Virus record (IMG/VR): IMGVR_UViG_3300023261_000002
Location: 1-53,686 of that record
DNA length: 53,686 bases
From: a virus
Lineage: Duplodnaviria > Caudoviricetes
Direction: 5' to 3' (one strand)
Shown one piece after another: positions 37,068-46,690 of this stretch (position 1 is its first letter; every line of letters begins with the position of its first letter). The translations under genes and the position numbers were made by a program. The notes below the pieces were generated by a model that ran no database searches, was not told the DNA's origin, and was given only the letters and a program-made list of their open reading frames with translations.

Positions 37068-37560
37068 GGGGAAAGCCTTTATTCCCAATACACCCAAAGA
37101 CCCCAAGAATTTCTTAAAGGAACTCGAAAGGCGCTATGCCCGAATAGGTGAACAGATAAGGCGCGATTTCGAGAGAACGGTATCCACATGGGATAAGAAG
37201 CCTAAGTTTACTGTGAAGCGTATTCGCACAAGCACAGGCGCGATTACCTATGAAGCAGGAACGGATAACGAGATTTACGGTTATGTCACACTGGGAACTA
37301 AACCGCACATTATCCGAGCTAAGAACGCGCCGTTTCTATCCTTTCGTACAGGTGGAAGCCCAAAGACTACACCTAACTTATTGACAAGCAAAGCAGGATT
37401 TATAGGGGATGGATGGGCGAAGAAACAAGAGGTTCAGCATCCGGGGACTGAAGCGCGTAATTTTCACAAAATCATTGCCAAGCGCTTTCAGGATAAGGTA
37501 GTCAAGGAAAGCAATCAAGCGCTAAGAGGCTATTTAAGCGATAAGCAGAAAGTGAGATAG
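37054..37560 (+). CDS. HK97 gp10-like neck/tail-completion protein
   Basis: 'YVTLGTKPHIIRAK..LSF..VQHPGT'. Confidence 0.65.
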   Translation: MVNIRGKAFIPNTPKDPKNFLKELERRYARIGEQIRRDFERTVSTWDKKPKFTVKRIRTSTGAITYEAGTDNEIYGYVTLGTKPHIIRAKNAPFLSFRTGGSPKTTPNLLTSKAGFIGDGWAKKQEVQHPGTEARNFHKIIAKRFQDKVVKESNQALRGYLSDKQKVR

Positions 37561-38957
37561 TGATGGAAGAGAATCAAGAACAAAAAGACGGGGAATACCC
37601 GATATTTACACTCAGTCAGGCTGAGGCGGAGTATACAACCGCAAGCACTAGCCCTGAGTTACAATGTGCAACCTGCCGCTTTTTTAGTGCTAGCGATAGC
37701 AGTTGCTATATTGTCCAGAATACGCCTTATCCCATTGTTTCAGGCGGTAGCTGTAAAATGCACATGCCTATCCCGATGCCTGCAATGGTAGAAGATGAGA
37801 TGGGCGAAGCATCCGATATAGATATGGGCGAAATGGCGGCAAAACCCAAGCCCGCTTTTCTAAATGGCGATGATGAAGAAACGGACGAAAACCCTAAGCC
37901 TAAGAAAGCCCTAGATTTGCTGCAATCGGCAACGAACGCCATAAGCGGCCTACTGCCAACGCTATCGAAATGGCTTAATCCTGATATATCTGAAACACCC
38001 GAAACAAGCGGCTTTAAGGTTTTGGAAGATAACCGTTTCTTAGCCTTCTGGACAAACAATTTCAAAGACAAAGAAGCAGAAATCATCTCAGAATATGCCA
38101 TTGATGAGTTTAACAATAAGGCCAATAGCGGCCTTATCCCCATGCCTGAACTCTGGTGGATGCACACAAAGGGAACGCGCCACGGGCAAGTCGAAAAGCT
38201 ATTCCGTGTTGGGCACTTTGCGCTAGCAGTTGGGCGCTTCGATGCTGAAAGCACTAATCCGCTTGTGAAAATTTTCAAGCAGTGGTATGCTAAACAAAAA
38301 AACATCACCATGAGTCACGGCTTTTTCTACAAGCCGTCTCTAAAAACCAATGGCGTATATCATCACATACGCACCTACGAAATAAGCTCCCTTATCGCTG
38401 GTCGTGAAGCGAACCCGTATACCACATTTGAGGTAAATAAAATGTCTCTCATCACCGAGAATCAACGCGCTGATTTAGAGCGTGAATTTGGCAAAGATTT
38501 TGCCGAGCGCATTGTTAGCCAAGCTGAGGCACAAGGAAAAGCGCTTGAAAGCCAAGATATTGCATTCAAATCGCTTCCGAGTGGCTTCGGCGCTGAAACC
38601 TTGCTTGTATTGGGTGCTGTCAAGGTAGTCGAGGACGATGCTAAGAAAGCCAGCAATGAGGCTACAGACGTTGGCAATCGTCTAAATGGCGTAGAGCAGA
38701 AGATGGGCAATTATGCTGATTCAGTTATTCGCTTGACTGAAAAGGTTGACGAACTCACCAACTACCTGAAACAATTGACGAACATCCAACCGCCTGCTAG
38801 TCGTTCACCTTTGTCAACGATTAAAACCGATGACAAAGAAGCTAATTTCCTGCAAAAGAAGAATGAGGAACAGGGCAAAGCATTCGTGCCTATCCTTAGT
38901 CAGATGAAAGCAATGGGTGAGTTTGAGAATTTCACACCGCCCACTAATCCTGAGTAG
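37560..38957 (+). CDS. Prohead protease/scaffold-like protein with N-terminal HiPIP-like 4-Cys domain
   Basis: 'DKEAEII', 'LWWMH', 'MSHGF', 'EISSL..ANP.T' resemble HK97-type protease motifs; coiled-coil C-terminus; precedes MCP. Confidence 0.65.
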   Translation: MMEENQEQKDGEYPIFTLSQAEAEYTTASTSPELQCATCRFFSASDSSCYIVQNTPYPIVSGGSCKMHMPIPMPAMVEDEMGEASDIDMGEMAAKPKPAFLNGDDEETDENPKPKKALDLLQSATNAISGLLPTLSKWLNPDISETPETSGFKVLEDNRFLAFWTNNFKDKEAEIISEYAIDEFNNKANSGLIPMPELWWMHTKGTRHGQVEKLFRVGHFALAVGRFDAESTNPLVKIFKQWYAKQKNITMSHGFFYKPSLKTNGVYHHIRTYEISSLIAGREANPYTTFEVNKMSLITENQRADLEREFGKDFAERIVSQAEAQGKALESQDIAFKSLPSGFGAETLLVLGAVKVVEDDAKKASNEATDVGNRLNGVEQKMGNYADSVIRLTEKVDELTNYLKQLTNIQPPASRSPLSTIKTDDKEANFLQKKNEEQGKAFVPILSQMKAMGEFENFTPPTNPE

Positions 38958-39017
38958 TCACTCTTAAACGCGAAACGTGCCGCGCCTTGACCCAACTAAC
39001 CAATGAGGCGCTTAACC

Positions 39018-40562
39018 ATGTCACTGTTAGAACAATTTCAAAAAGAAGCAGGGGTACAAGCCCCGGCAATGCCTGCGATGCAACAGGCACAAAAGAATGA
39101 CCCAACAGGCAGTCCTGTAGGGCCGTATAATCATGGGCAGAACGGGATTTTCTATCTGCCATACTCGAATAACCGTCTAGTCTCCACGCTCATCATGCCG
39201 CGCGGCGGTTTGATGGATGTTTTGCCTGTGCTGGATAGTGACCCCTACGAAAGCCCACAATCGAATATGTTTGGTGGGCGTGTCTATGATTATGACACCA
39301 TCATGACGGGGTTAACGGCTGGCGATTTAGACGATTTCGATAACCAACCCACCACCGACTGCGCCGATGGCCCAGTGGGCGGTTTAGCCAAACTCTGTAC
39401 GCAGATTAACACAATGGCGCGTTATCGCGGCGGCACACGCGAAGTTTCTTTGTTTCGCGCAGGCCAAGCCTATAACCGCCTTGACGAAATGTCACATAGT
39501 TTGCTGAACCAATCGGAAGCCTTGCGCGGCTTTTTCGGGATGCCTGAGAATATGCCAGCGCAAAACGATATTATCATGAATGAAGCGGCACGACGTATGT
39601 TTGAGGCGCTGGTATCCTTCCGCCGTATGTTTGCCCAACGCATCTGGATTGGTAGTCCTGCCAATAACAGTGGTGAAAAGCGCGATATTCTAGGGCTACA
39701 AACCCAAGTCAACACAGGTAAGAAAGATGTTTTCCAAAATATCCTCTGCCCTGCTGCTGATAGCATCGTGCGCAATTTCAATTTCAATGCTGCTGAGGGC
39801 GGCGGCGCGCTGGACATCGTTGATGAAATGGAAAGCATTGAATACGTCAACCAGATTAACGCTGATAGAATGGGGCTTGGCCCTGTTGATGGCGTGCTGG
39901 TCATGCGTGAAGAAATTTTCTATGCCCTCACCAACGTCTGGCCTGTGAAGCAGTATCAGGCCGTGATTGCGGCGCTAGCTGCTCAAAATGGTGGTGATAG
40001 AACTCGCATGACCATTGATGCAACGGGCGCGGCACGCGAACGTAATACTTTCCGCACAAGCAAGATGTTGCCCTTGAACGGCAAGATGTACCGCGTGGTG
40101 ATTGATGACGGCATTCCCCAATTGAATAGCACCAACAGCGCAAGCGTGCCTGCTGGTAGCTATGCCAGTGATATTTACTTCATTCCAACAACTGTCATGG
40201 GCGGAATGCCTGCTACATTCTTCCAATATTTCAATCATGACAACCGTCAAGCACAAGGGCTATTGGAACGCATTCCGGGGAATAATAGTTTCACGTTTAC
40301 GAGTGACGGCGGCTCGTTCCGTTGGTATATCAACTTCAAAAACGGTTGCTTGACACTCAATTTCGAGTTCAGCCCGTGGTTGAAGATGAAAGTACCTATG
40401 GTGGCTTGGCGTTTGACCAATGTTAAGGTTACACCGAACCTCATGGCGCGTGACTTTGACCCTGCTAGCAGCTACTTTGCAAATGGTGGCAGTATCGGCA
40501 ATAACCAAAGTACGAATGAGGTTATTTACCCCGGATGGGCTGAAAGTTCGCAGAACATCTAA
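39018..40562 (+). CDS. Major capsid protein
   Basis: Position; 514 aa; 'IWIGSP..DILGLQTQV', 'VVIDDGIP', 'SDIYF'; terminator follows. Confidence 0.8.
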   Translation: MSLLEQFQKEAGVQAPAMPAMQQAQKNDPTGSPVGPYNHGQNGIFYLPYSNNRLVSTLIMPRGGLMDVLPVLDSDPYESPQSNMFGGRVYDYDTIMTGLTAGDLDDFDNQPTTDCADGPVGGLAKLCTQINTMARYRGGTREVSLFRAGQAYNRLDEMSHSLLNQSEALRGFFGMPENMPAQNDIIMNEAARRMFEALVSFRRMFAQRIWIGSPANNSGEKRDILGLQTQVNTGKKDVFQNILCPAADSIVRNFNFNAAEGGGALDIVDEMESIEYVNQINADRMGLGPVDGVLVMREEIFYALTNVWPVKQYQAVIAALAAQNGGDRTRMTIDATGAARERNTFRTSKMLPLNGKMYRVVIDDGIPQLNSTNSASVPAGSYASDIYFIPTTVMGGMPATFFQYFNHDNRQAQGLLERIPGNNSFTFTSDGGSFRWYINFKNGCLTLNFEFSPWLKMKVPMVAWRLTNVKVTPNLMARDFDPASSYFANGGSIGNNQSTNEVIYPGWAESSQNI

Positions 40563-40588
40563 ACGAGTTCTCGCCTTGGTTGAAGATG

Positions 40589-40618
40589 AAAGAGAGTGGC
40601 GCAAGCCCTCTCTTTTTG
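40589..40618 (+). terminator. Rho-independent terminator after MCP
   Basis: AAAGAGAGTGGC-GCAA-GCCCTCTCTTTTT. Confidence 0.75.
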
Positions 40619-40672
40619 CTTTTCCTAAAACTCGTGTTATCATATCCATATCTATAATAGATAAGGTATCTA

Positions 40673-41095
40673 ATGGACACGCCAACTATCTCAATTAAAC
40701 GTGCCGAGTGGCGCGAAACAGTACAGCATTGCTTAGACGAAATTGACGCGATACTCCCCTCCCCTAATTGGGATTACATTATCTTTGGTGATGAGTCCCA
40801 AATCGACAGCTTTAAGCCCCTACCCCTAAAGAATATCAAGCTATCGGCTACGCTATTCATGGAAATGCCGCCTGAAGAAAAGGGGCGCATTGTGATATTG
40901 CCCCGTTCCTACAAAGTCACTGTGACTGACTACGATGAGAATGAGAATCCAATTGGCTTAAAAAAGATAGATAAGCCCGTTTCCTTTCTGGTATACCATG
41001 CCAAGCGTAACCCATTCGATGCGCCGCAATTCCGACTTGCCACGCCTTCTTATGCCTATTTAATTAAGATAGTTGAGGATGAAAACAATGAATGA
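40673..41095 (+). CDS. Hypothetical protein
   Basis: AAGGT RBS; AT-rich promoter-like upstream region. Confidence 0.55.
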   Translation: MDTPTISIKRAEWRETVQHCLDEIDAILPSPNWDYIIFGDESQIDSFKPLPLKNIKLSATLFMEMPPEEKGRIVILPRSYKVTVTDYDENENPIGLKKIDKPVSFLVYHAKRNPFDAPQFRLATPSYAYLIKIVEDENNE

Positions 41096-41897
41096 ATTTC
41101 CGAAGATAGCACTACTCGTTATCACCTATAAAAGACTCGAAGTTCTCCAGAGAACCTTAGAAGCCTTGCGCGAAAACTTGCATTATCCTGCCGATAAGTT
41201 GCATATCGTGGTATCAGACGATAGCACGGGCGGCGGCTACATCGGCAAAATCAAGAAATTGAAAGTGTTAAAAGGTTGGGGCGCTACTGTACATGTTTTA
41301 GAAACGCCTTCACGCTCAGGTTGGGGGGCGCATGTGAACATAGCCCATGCCCATATCATGGCGCATATTGACCCAGATTATATTTTTTTCTGCGAAGATG
41401 ACTATGTACTAACAGAACCGATTGACTTGCGCGTTGGCGCGGCGCTTCTGGAAACACGGCCTAATATTGGCATGTTGCGCTATCGTGGTACGGCAGGCAC
41501 GCATGTGATTTATCATCAATTCGAGACCGACATTAGCGATTATGTTCCCGATTATGATGAGAACGCAGGGCAATCGGTAGGCAAGTTATCTTATTTGCAA
41601 CTAGATTCAGGTAGCCCGACATTGTACCTCTATTCACACGGGGCGCATTTGAAGCGCATGAAGCCCAAGCAGGGACACAAGGCATGGCATGAGCATTATC
41701 TGAATTACCCAGAGGGCTTAGTCCTCGGTCAAACTGAGGAAGCGGCGGCACACATCGCAAAAGATAGAATGAAACTTGACGGCGCGCCTGCGCTGGCGAT
41801 TTTGCCTGCTTACATTCGCATGGTGTTTCAGCACATCGGAGAGAGCTATCAAGGTAGTAGCGATGATATTGGCGATAAGATAGAAGCATTAGGATAA
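41088..41897 (+). CDS. Glycosyltransferase family 2-like (GT-A)
   Basis: 'IALLVITYKR', 'VVSDDST', 'FFCEDDY', 'FQHIG'. Confidence 0.85.
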   Translation: MNEFPKIALLVITYKRLEVLQRTLEALRENLHYPADKLHIVVSDDSTGGGYIGKIKKLKVLKGWGATVHVLETPSRSGWGAHVNIAHAHIMAHIDPDYIFFCEDDYVLTEPIDLRVGAALLETRPNIGMLRYRGTAGTHVIYHQFETDISDYVPDYDENAGQSVGKLSYLQLDSGSPTLYLYSHGAHLKRMKPKQGHKAWHEHYLNYPEGLVLGQTEEAAAHIAKDRMKLDGAPALAILPAYIRMVFQHIGESYQGSSDDIGDKIEALG

Positions 41898-41931
41898 GCG
41901 CTATAAACACAGCGCAATAGGAGAGAGAACA

Positions 41932-42123
41932 ATGAAAACCTACGTATTTATTATCCTAGATATCGAGATAACAGTTCCGCCTTATCGAAAATATGTGATT
42001 GCCGAAAGTGAACACGCTAACAACGAAGAAGCAGGGCGCGTAGTTATCTTGCTAGAATCAACGGGCTTAAAAGTCATTTCCGTTTATCCTAAAGACGCTC
42101 AGGTGTTTCTCAAAAAGCGATAG
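41932..42123 (+). CDS. Small hypothetical protein
   Basis: AGGAG RBS. Confidence 0.5.
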   Translation: MKTYVFIILDIEITVPPYRKYVIAESEHANNEEAGRVVILLESTGLKVISVYPKDAQVFLKKR

Positions 42124-42132
42124 GAGAGAAAA

Positions 42133-42750
42133 ATGATTAACAATCAAGAAATCAAAGGCGACGCGCCGCTATCGCCTTACACATCGGTTCCGGGTTGGGA
42201 AACGGAAGCGGAGCAAGGCGTACTAATTACAGTAATGCAGGCCGTAGATGATTTTGAATGCTACCCAACTATTGTTGAAATCGGTAGCGAAAACGGCATG
42301 AGCGCAAGCATTTTTGCTAAGTATGGACATGAAAACAGTAGCAATATTGTTTGCATCGAAATTGACGAAAATGCGAACTTCTGGCATAACCTACAAGTGC
42401 TAGGGCTTGATAGAAACATTATCCCTATCTATGGCAATAGCGCCCAAATGGACTGGCAAGTTGAGGCCAAGCGAATTGAAGTCAAGCAAGCAATTGACTT
42501 ACTCTTTATTGATGGTGACCATAGCTATAACGGGGCATTGGCCGACCTACGCAATTTCGCGCCTTTTGTTGCAAGCGGTGGCTACTTGCTTTTGCATGAT
42601 TGCGCTTGTGAAACCAACAAACTCCCCCACAAGCAGCACAGAGACGTGAGTGAGGCGCTTAACGTCTGGTTGAAAGAAGCTGGCAAGGAACTCGGTTTTA
42701 AGTGTCTATTCACAGTCGATAGCTTGATGGTATTTCGGAGGATGGCATGA
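42133..42750 (+). CDS. Class I SAM methyltransferase (Methyltransf_24-like)
   Basis: 'IVEIGSENGMS', 'IDLLFIDGDHSYNGALAD', 'GGYLLLHD'. Confidence 0.88.
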   Translation: MINNQEIKGDAPLSPYTSVPGWETEAEQGVLITVMQAVDDFECYPTIVEIGSENGMSASIFAKYGHENSSNIVCIEIDENANFWHNLQVLGLDRNIIPIYGNSAQMDWQVEAKRIEVKQAIDLLFIDGDHSYNGALADLRNFAPFVASGGYLLLHDCACETNKLPHKQHRDVSEALNVWLKEAGKELGFKCLFTVDSLMVFRRMA

Positions 42751-43313
42751 AACTTGATATAAACAACCCTCCGAAAGGGTTCAAAATTCACGCCTCAGAT
42801 GGCATAGTCGTTTTAATCCCTGTTGAGGATTGCGTTATTGTAACCAATAAAGAAACCGTGCAAAAAACCAACGGCATATCTGTCGATGTTCCCAAAGGTG
42901 CTAGGTTTTCGCTCTTTTGCCTATATGGTATTAGCGAATTTCACGCGCAATCGAAACCGATTGAAAAACTTGAAACTCCTGAAGGCTTTTCTCCTTTTGG
43001 GGGGATTTGGTACTTTGATATTGACGATGTTGATATTGAAACATCATCCGAAATAGAAACCATTTATGAAGATATGAAAGCGGATAAGCTAGGAACGCAC
43101 CTCTATGAGGGGCTAAAAACACAAAGCAATCAGATATTTTTTGTTGTGATAGAGCAGGAAGAAGGCAGTCGATATTACAACACACTTGAGATTGTCTCAA
43201 CAAAAGAGGCCGCGATAAAGCTTATCGAAAACAAAAAGCAGTTTCAAGAAAAACATAACTATAAACCCCATAAATTCACATGGTACATGCATAATATTTG
43301 GGAGTTGGAATGA
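42747..43313 (+). CDS. Hypothetical protein
   Basis: ATGA overlap; GGAGGA RBS. Confidence 0.55.
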   Translation: MKLDINNPPKGFKIHASDGIVVLIPVEDCVIVTNKETVQKTNGISVDVPKGARFSLFCLYGISEFHAQSKPIEKLETPEGFSPFGGIWYFDIDDVDIETSSEIETIYEDMKADKLGTHLYEGLKTQSNQIFFVVIEQEEGSRYYNTLEIVSTKEAAIKLIENKKQFQEKHNYKPHKFTWYMHNIWELE

Positions 43314-43642
43314 ATCCTAAACCGCCGCAAGAATTACCCTATCAGGAGCAAGTCCAGTTCTCGCTTGAAGCTATGCCAGCATTTCGAGATAGCGATGAAC
43401 CTTGTCAGGAAAACGATTGCGTTATTATCTTCATGCCACCACAAGGCACATTGTTAGCCGCCGCGCTTGGCTTTAGGAATTTCGGCTTTTTCATCGGACT
43501 TGTCATGTCCTTTGGCGCGCCATACGGCTTTGGAAAAGTCATGCACGTTGTGAATGGTACAGCATTCGTGTGGTATAGTACCTTCCCCACGCCAGAAGAT
43601 ACCGATATAGACACGGGAGTTATCTCACAAAATGGCAACTAA
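43310..43642 (+). CDS. Hypothetical protein
   Basis: ATGA overlap; hydrophobic central segment. Confidence 0.5.
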   Translation: MNPKPPQELPYQEQVQFSLEAMPAFRDSDEPCQENDCVIIFMPPQGTLLAAALGFRNFGFFIGLVMSFGAPYGFGKVMHVVNGTAFVWYSTFPTPEDTDIDTGVISQNGN

Positions 43643-46337
43643 AAAAGTTTTCTCATCCCCCACGCCCTCACAAGCCAAGATGGATGATAGCAATTCAATT
43701 AACCAGATTGTTCTCAAGATGGCGGAACTACTACCAGAGCATGGGTGGGAAATTACAGAGGATAAAAGCAACGCTGATTTAATCGCCAGACACGCAGGGC
43801 AATCACACGATGGTAGCTATGATTGCGATGTGGCCCATTCACACGGCCTGCTCCCTACCTTTGAGCAACGCGATACACGTTGGTGGTTTGGTGCTAATGT
43901 CAACGTGATAGAAAGCCTGCGTTATGCGCGTGCTATCACTGTGCCGAGCGCGTGGGTTGGGCAAATTATTGAGAGAGAACTCAATCGTAAGGCAGTCGTT
44001 ATTAATTGGGCAACGGATAGCAAGCTATGGGAGATGCAGGGCGTAAAGGTGGAGCGCTGGGCAAATGGCGAACTGCATACCGAACGCAGTCATAAGGCTT
44101 ACACGCTTTGGAATAAGACACGTGCTGATTCTACCTGTGACCCTACGCCAATTGAATACCTTGCCAAAGCCAAGCCTGAAGCTTTATTCATGACAACCTT
44201 CGCTAATGATGCGCCGCCGCAAAATCTGAAAGTCATAGGCCGTCAAACATTCCCAAAGATGCGCGAAATTGTGCAGCAAGCAGGGCTATATCTGGCAACG
44301 ACTAAAGAGACATTCGGCATTGGGACGTTAGAGGCGATGGCTTGCGGTATCCCCGTATTGGGCTATAAATGGGGCGGAACTGAGGATATTGTAGAGCATG
44401 GGCTAACAGGCTATCTTGTTGAGCCCAACGATTTAGAGGGTCTTGTTAAGGGTTGGCATTGGTGTATGCGGCATCGCTCTATTCTCTCGAAAAACGCCCG
44501 TAAAGCCGCTTTAGATAAGCATTATTCATGGGAGCGTGTAGCCCAGCAATTCGCGTCTGTTTATGACAGCGTTCTTGAGGAAAAAGAAGCGGAGAAATGG
44601 CAGACAATCAAAGTCTCTGTTATCGTGCCTTGCTACAATTACGCGGTTTGGCTTCCAGAAGCTATTCGTAGTGTTGCCATGCAAGAAACCGACTTTCGCT
44701 TTGAAATCTGCATTGTCGATGATGGCAGTACAGACGATTCTTTTAAGGTAGCGCTTGCTTTGAAAGAACAGTACAAAGACAAGTGCGATATTATCGTTTG
44801 CAATAAGCCTAATGAGGGCGTAGCGCTAGCCCGTGACTACGGCATAAAAACCACCATTGGCAAATATATCTTGTGCCTCGATGCTGATGATATTTTAGGC
44901 GCGCCCAACTTCCTGCAAACCCTCTATGATGCGCTTGAAGCTGAACCACTTTTGGGCGTTGCTTATACGGGGCTTGCGGTATTCAAAGGTAAGGCTGAGG
45001 ACGGGGCTAGCCCTAGCGCATGGCCTCCCCAATTTGACGTGGTTAAAATGATGCAAGGGCAAAACCAAGTCCCCACCTGCGCCATGATGCGCAGACGCGC
45101 CTATGAGCAAACGGGCGGTTATCGTAAGCATTTTACCCCTGCTGAAGACGCGGCCTTGTGGTACTCGATTAGTTTACTCGGCTGGACTATTCGCAAGGTT
45201 AGCGAAAAACCTATGTTCTTTTACCGCTTGCATGATAATTCGCTGTCCTCAGTGATTCGCAAAGGTGAAAAGAAAGAACCTAAGTGGACACATCAAAGCG
45301 ATGCAGCAACGGCAAACCGCTATCCAATGGCGGCACAAATCCCACCGCTAGATAAGTCTTTGCCCTCGCACCCTGTACGCAACTACGATAGACCGCTTAT
45401 TTCTGTGATTATCCCCGTTGGCAAAGGCCATGAGATTGAGGTTAGTCGGGCTTTGGATAGCGTGGCAAGTCAAACCGAATGGCGTTGGGAGGCTGTGGTT
45501 ATCAACGACACAGGCGCAAAGCTGGAACTACAGCAAAAGTGGGTAAAGCTGATTAACGCTAACGGGGCAAGTCCGAAAGGCGCAGGCGCAGCGCGCAATA
45601 TCGGTATCAGTGAGGCTAAGGGTAAATTCCTTGTATTCCTTGATGCCGATGATACGATAGAACCGAGCTTCCTTGAGAAATGCTATCAGCTATGGCGTGC
45701 AAAGGGGCAATATGTTTATACCGACTGGCAAGAGGAAAAAGGTGGCAAATTAACGCCTCATCCAACCGTTGAGTATTCACAGGAAGCGATATTCACGCGC
45801 ATGTCGATACACCCGATAACGGTATTCATTCCAAAAGACTGGGTTTTGAAAGTGGGTTGCTTTCCAGAAGACTTGCAAGCATGGGAAGATACCGAACTTT
45901 TTATCAAGCTTGCCATACATGGTTTTTGTGGAATGCGTTTAGCTGAGGCGCTTTTAGTGTATAATCACGATACAGGTAAACGCCGTGAAATTGGAGCAAG
46001 CAATAGCGATGCGCTTAAAGCAGTATTCAGAGAACGCTTTGGAGAGTATTTAGACGGAAGGAAAAAGCCAATGGGATGCTGTGGACAACCTGCAAAGAAA
46101 GCGGTACTGAAAAACAATAATCAGCCGATGATTCGCGTCATGCTTCAAAATGGAAAATTAGGCGCGGAAACATTACGCGGCGCAGCAACCAAAACCAATT
46201 ACGGCGTTAAGCGGCATGGCGATATATTCCTGATGTTTACCCAAGACGCGGCAGTATCTGATATTTTTGTGCCGATTGCCGAGGATGAGAATACCGTCAA
46301 CCCAACGCCTGAACCTATTGCACCTGTGGGGTTATAA
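43632..46337 (+). CDS. Triple glycosyltransferase: GT4 (GT-B) + GT2 + GT2, with C-terminal MGCCG domain
   Basis: 'ETFGIGTLEAMACGIPV' GT4; 'VSVIVPCYN..VDDGSTD..CLDADD' and 'ISVIIPV..VIND..FLDADD' GT2. Confidence 0.9.
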   Translation: MATKKVFSSPTPSQAKMDDSNSINQIVLKMAELLPEHGWEITEDKSNADLIARHAGQSHDGSYDCDVAHSHGLLPTFEQRDTRWWFGANVNVIESLRYARAITVPSAWVGQIIERELNRKAVVINWATDSKLWEMQGVKVERWANGELHTERSHKAYTLWNKTRADSTCDPTPIEYLAKAKPEALFMTTFANDAPPQNLKVIGRQTFPKMREIVQQAGLYLATTKETFGIGTLEAMACGIPVLGYKWGGTEDIVEHGLTGYLVEPNDLEGLVKGWHWCMRHRSILSKNARKAALDKHYSWERVAQQFASVYDSVLEEKEAEKWQTIKVSVIVPCYNYAVWLPEAIRSVAMQETDFRFEICIVDDGSTDDSFKVALALKEQYKDKCDIIVCNKPNEGVALARDYGIKTTIGKYILCLDADDILGAPNFLQTLYDALEAEPLLGVAYTGLAVFKGKAEDGASPSAWPPQFDVVKMMQGQNQVPTCAMMRRRAYEQTGGYRKHFTPAEDAALWYSISLLGWTIRKVSEKPMFFYRLHDNSLSSVIRKGEKKEPKWTHQSDAATANRYPMAAQIPPLDKSLPSHPVRNYDRPLISVIIPVGKGHEIEVSRALDSVASQTEWRWEAVVINDTGAKLELQQKWVKLINANGASPKGAGAARNIGISEAKGKFLVFLDADDTIEPSFLEKCYQLWRAKGQYVYTDWQEEKGGKLTPHPTVEYSQEAIFTRMSIHPITVFIPKDWVLKVGCFPEDLQAWEDTELFIKLAIHGFCGMRLAEALLVYNHDTGKRREIGASNSDALKAVFRERFGEYLDGRKKPMGCCGQPAKKAVLKNNNQPMIRVMLQNGKLGAETLRGAATKTNYGVKRHGDIFLMFTQDAAVSDIFVPIAEDENTVNPTPEPIAPVGL

Positions 46338-46690
46338 TGCAAATCCATATCCTAAACAGTCTCGCAACATGGCGACTAACTCAGATGCTAAATTCGGAAA
46401 CGGGCGAACGCGGCCCTTTTGCCATTTTGGATAGGGCTAGGGAGTATGTCCAAGATAAGAAATTCGAGATAAGCAGAGATGCTATCCATCAGTACGAACG
46501 GGCTAGGGATATTCCTGAATACTCATTTTGGGGCGAACTATCTGAGGCGCTTTACTGCAAATTTTGCCTTAGTGTTTGGATTGGCATTACTATCGCGCTT
46601 GTCACACGTCAAAATATCTTGTATGGTTTTGCCTATTCAGCAGCAAGCCTGCTGTTCGGGCGAATTTTTGAAAGGTTAGATAATGGCTAA
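46337..46690 (+). CDS. DUF1360-like membrane protein
   Basis: 'LATWRLTQML..GPF..R', 'LYCKFCLSVW'. Confidence 0.7.
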   Translation: MQIHILNSLATWRLTQMLNSETGERGPFAILDRAREYVQDKKFEISRDAIHQYERARDIPEYSFWGELSEALYCKFCLSVWIGITIALVTRQNILYGFAYSAASLLFGRIFERLDNG

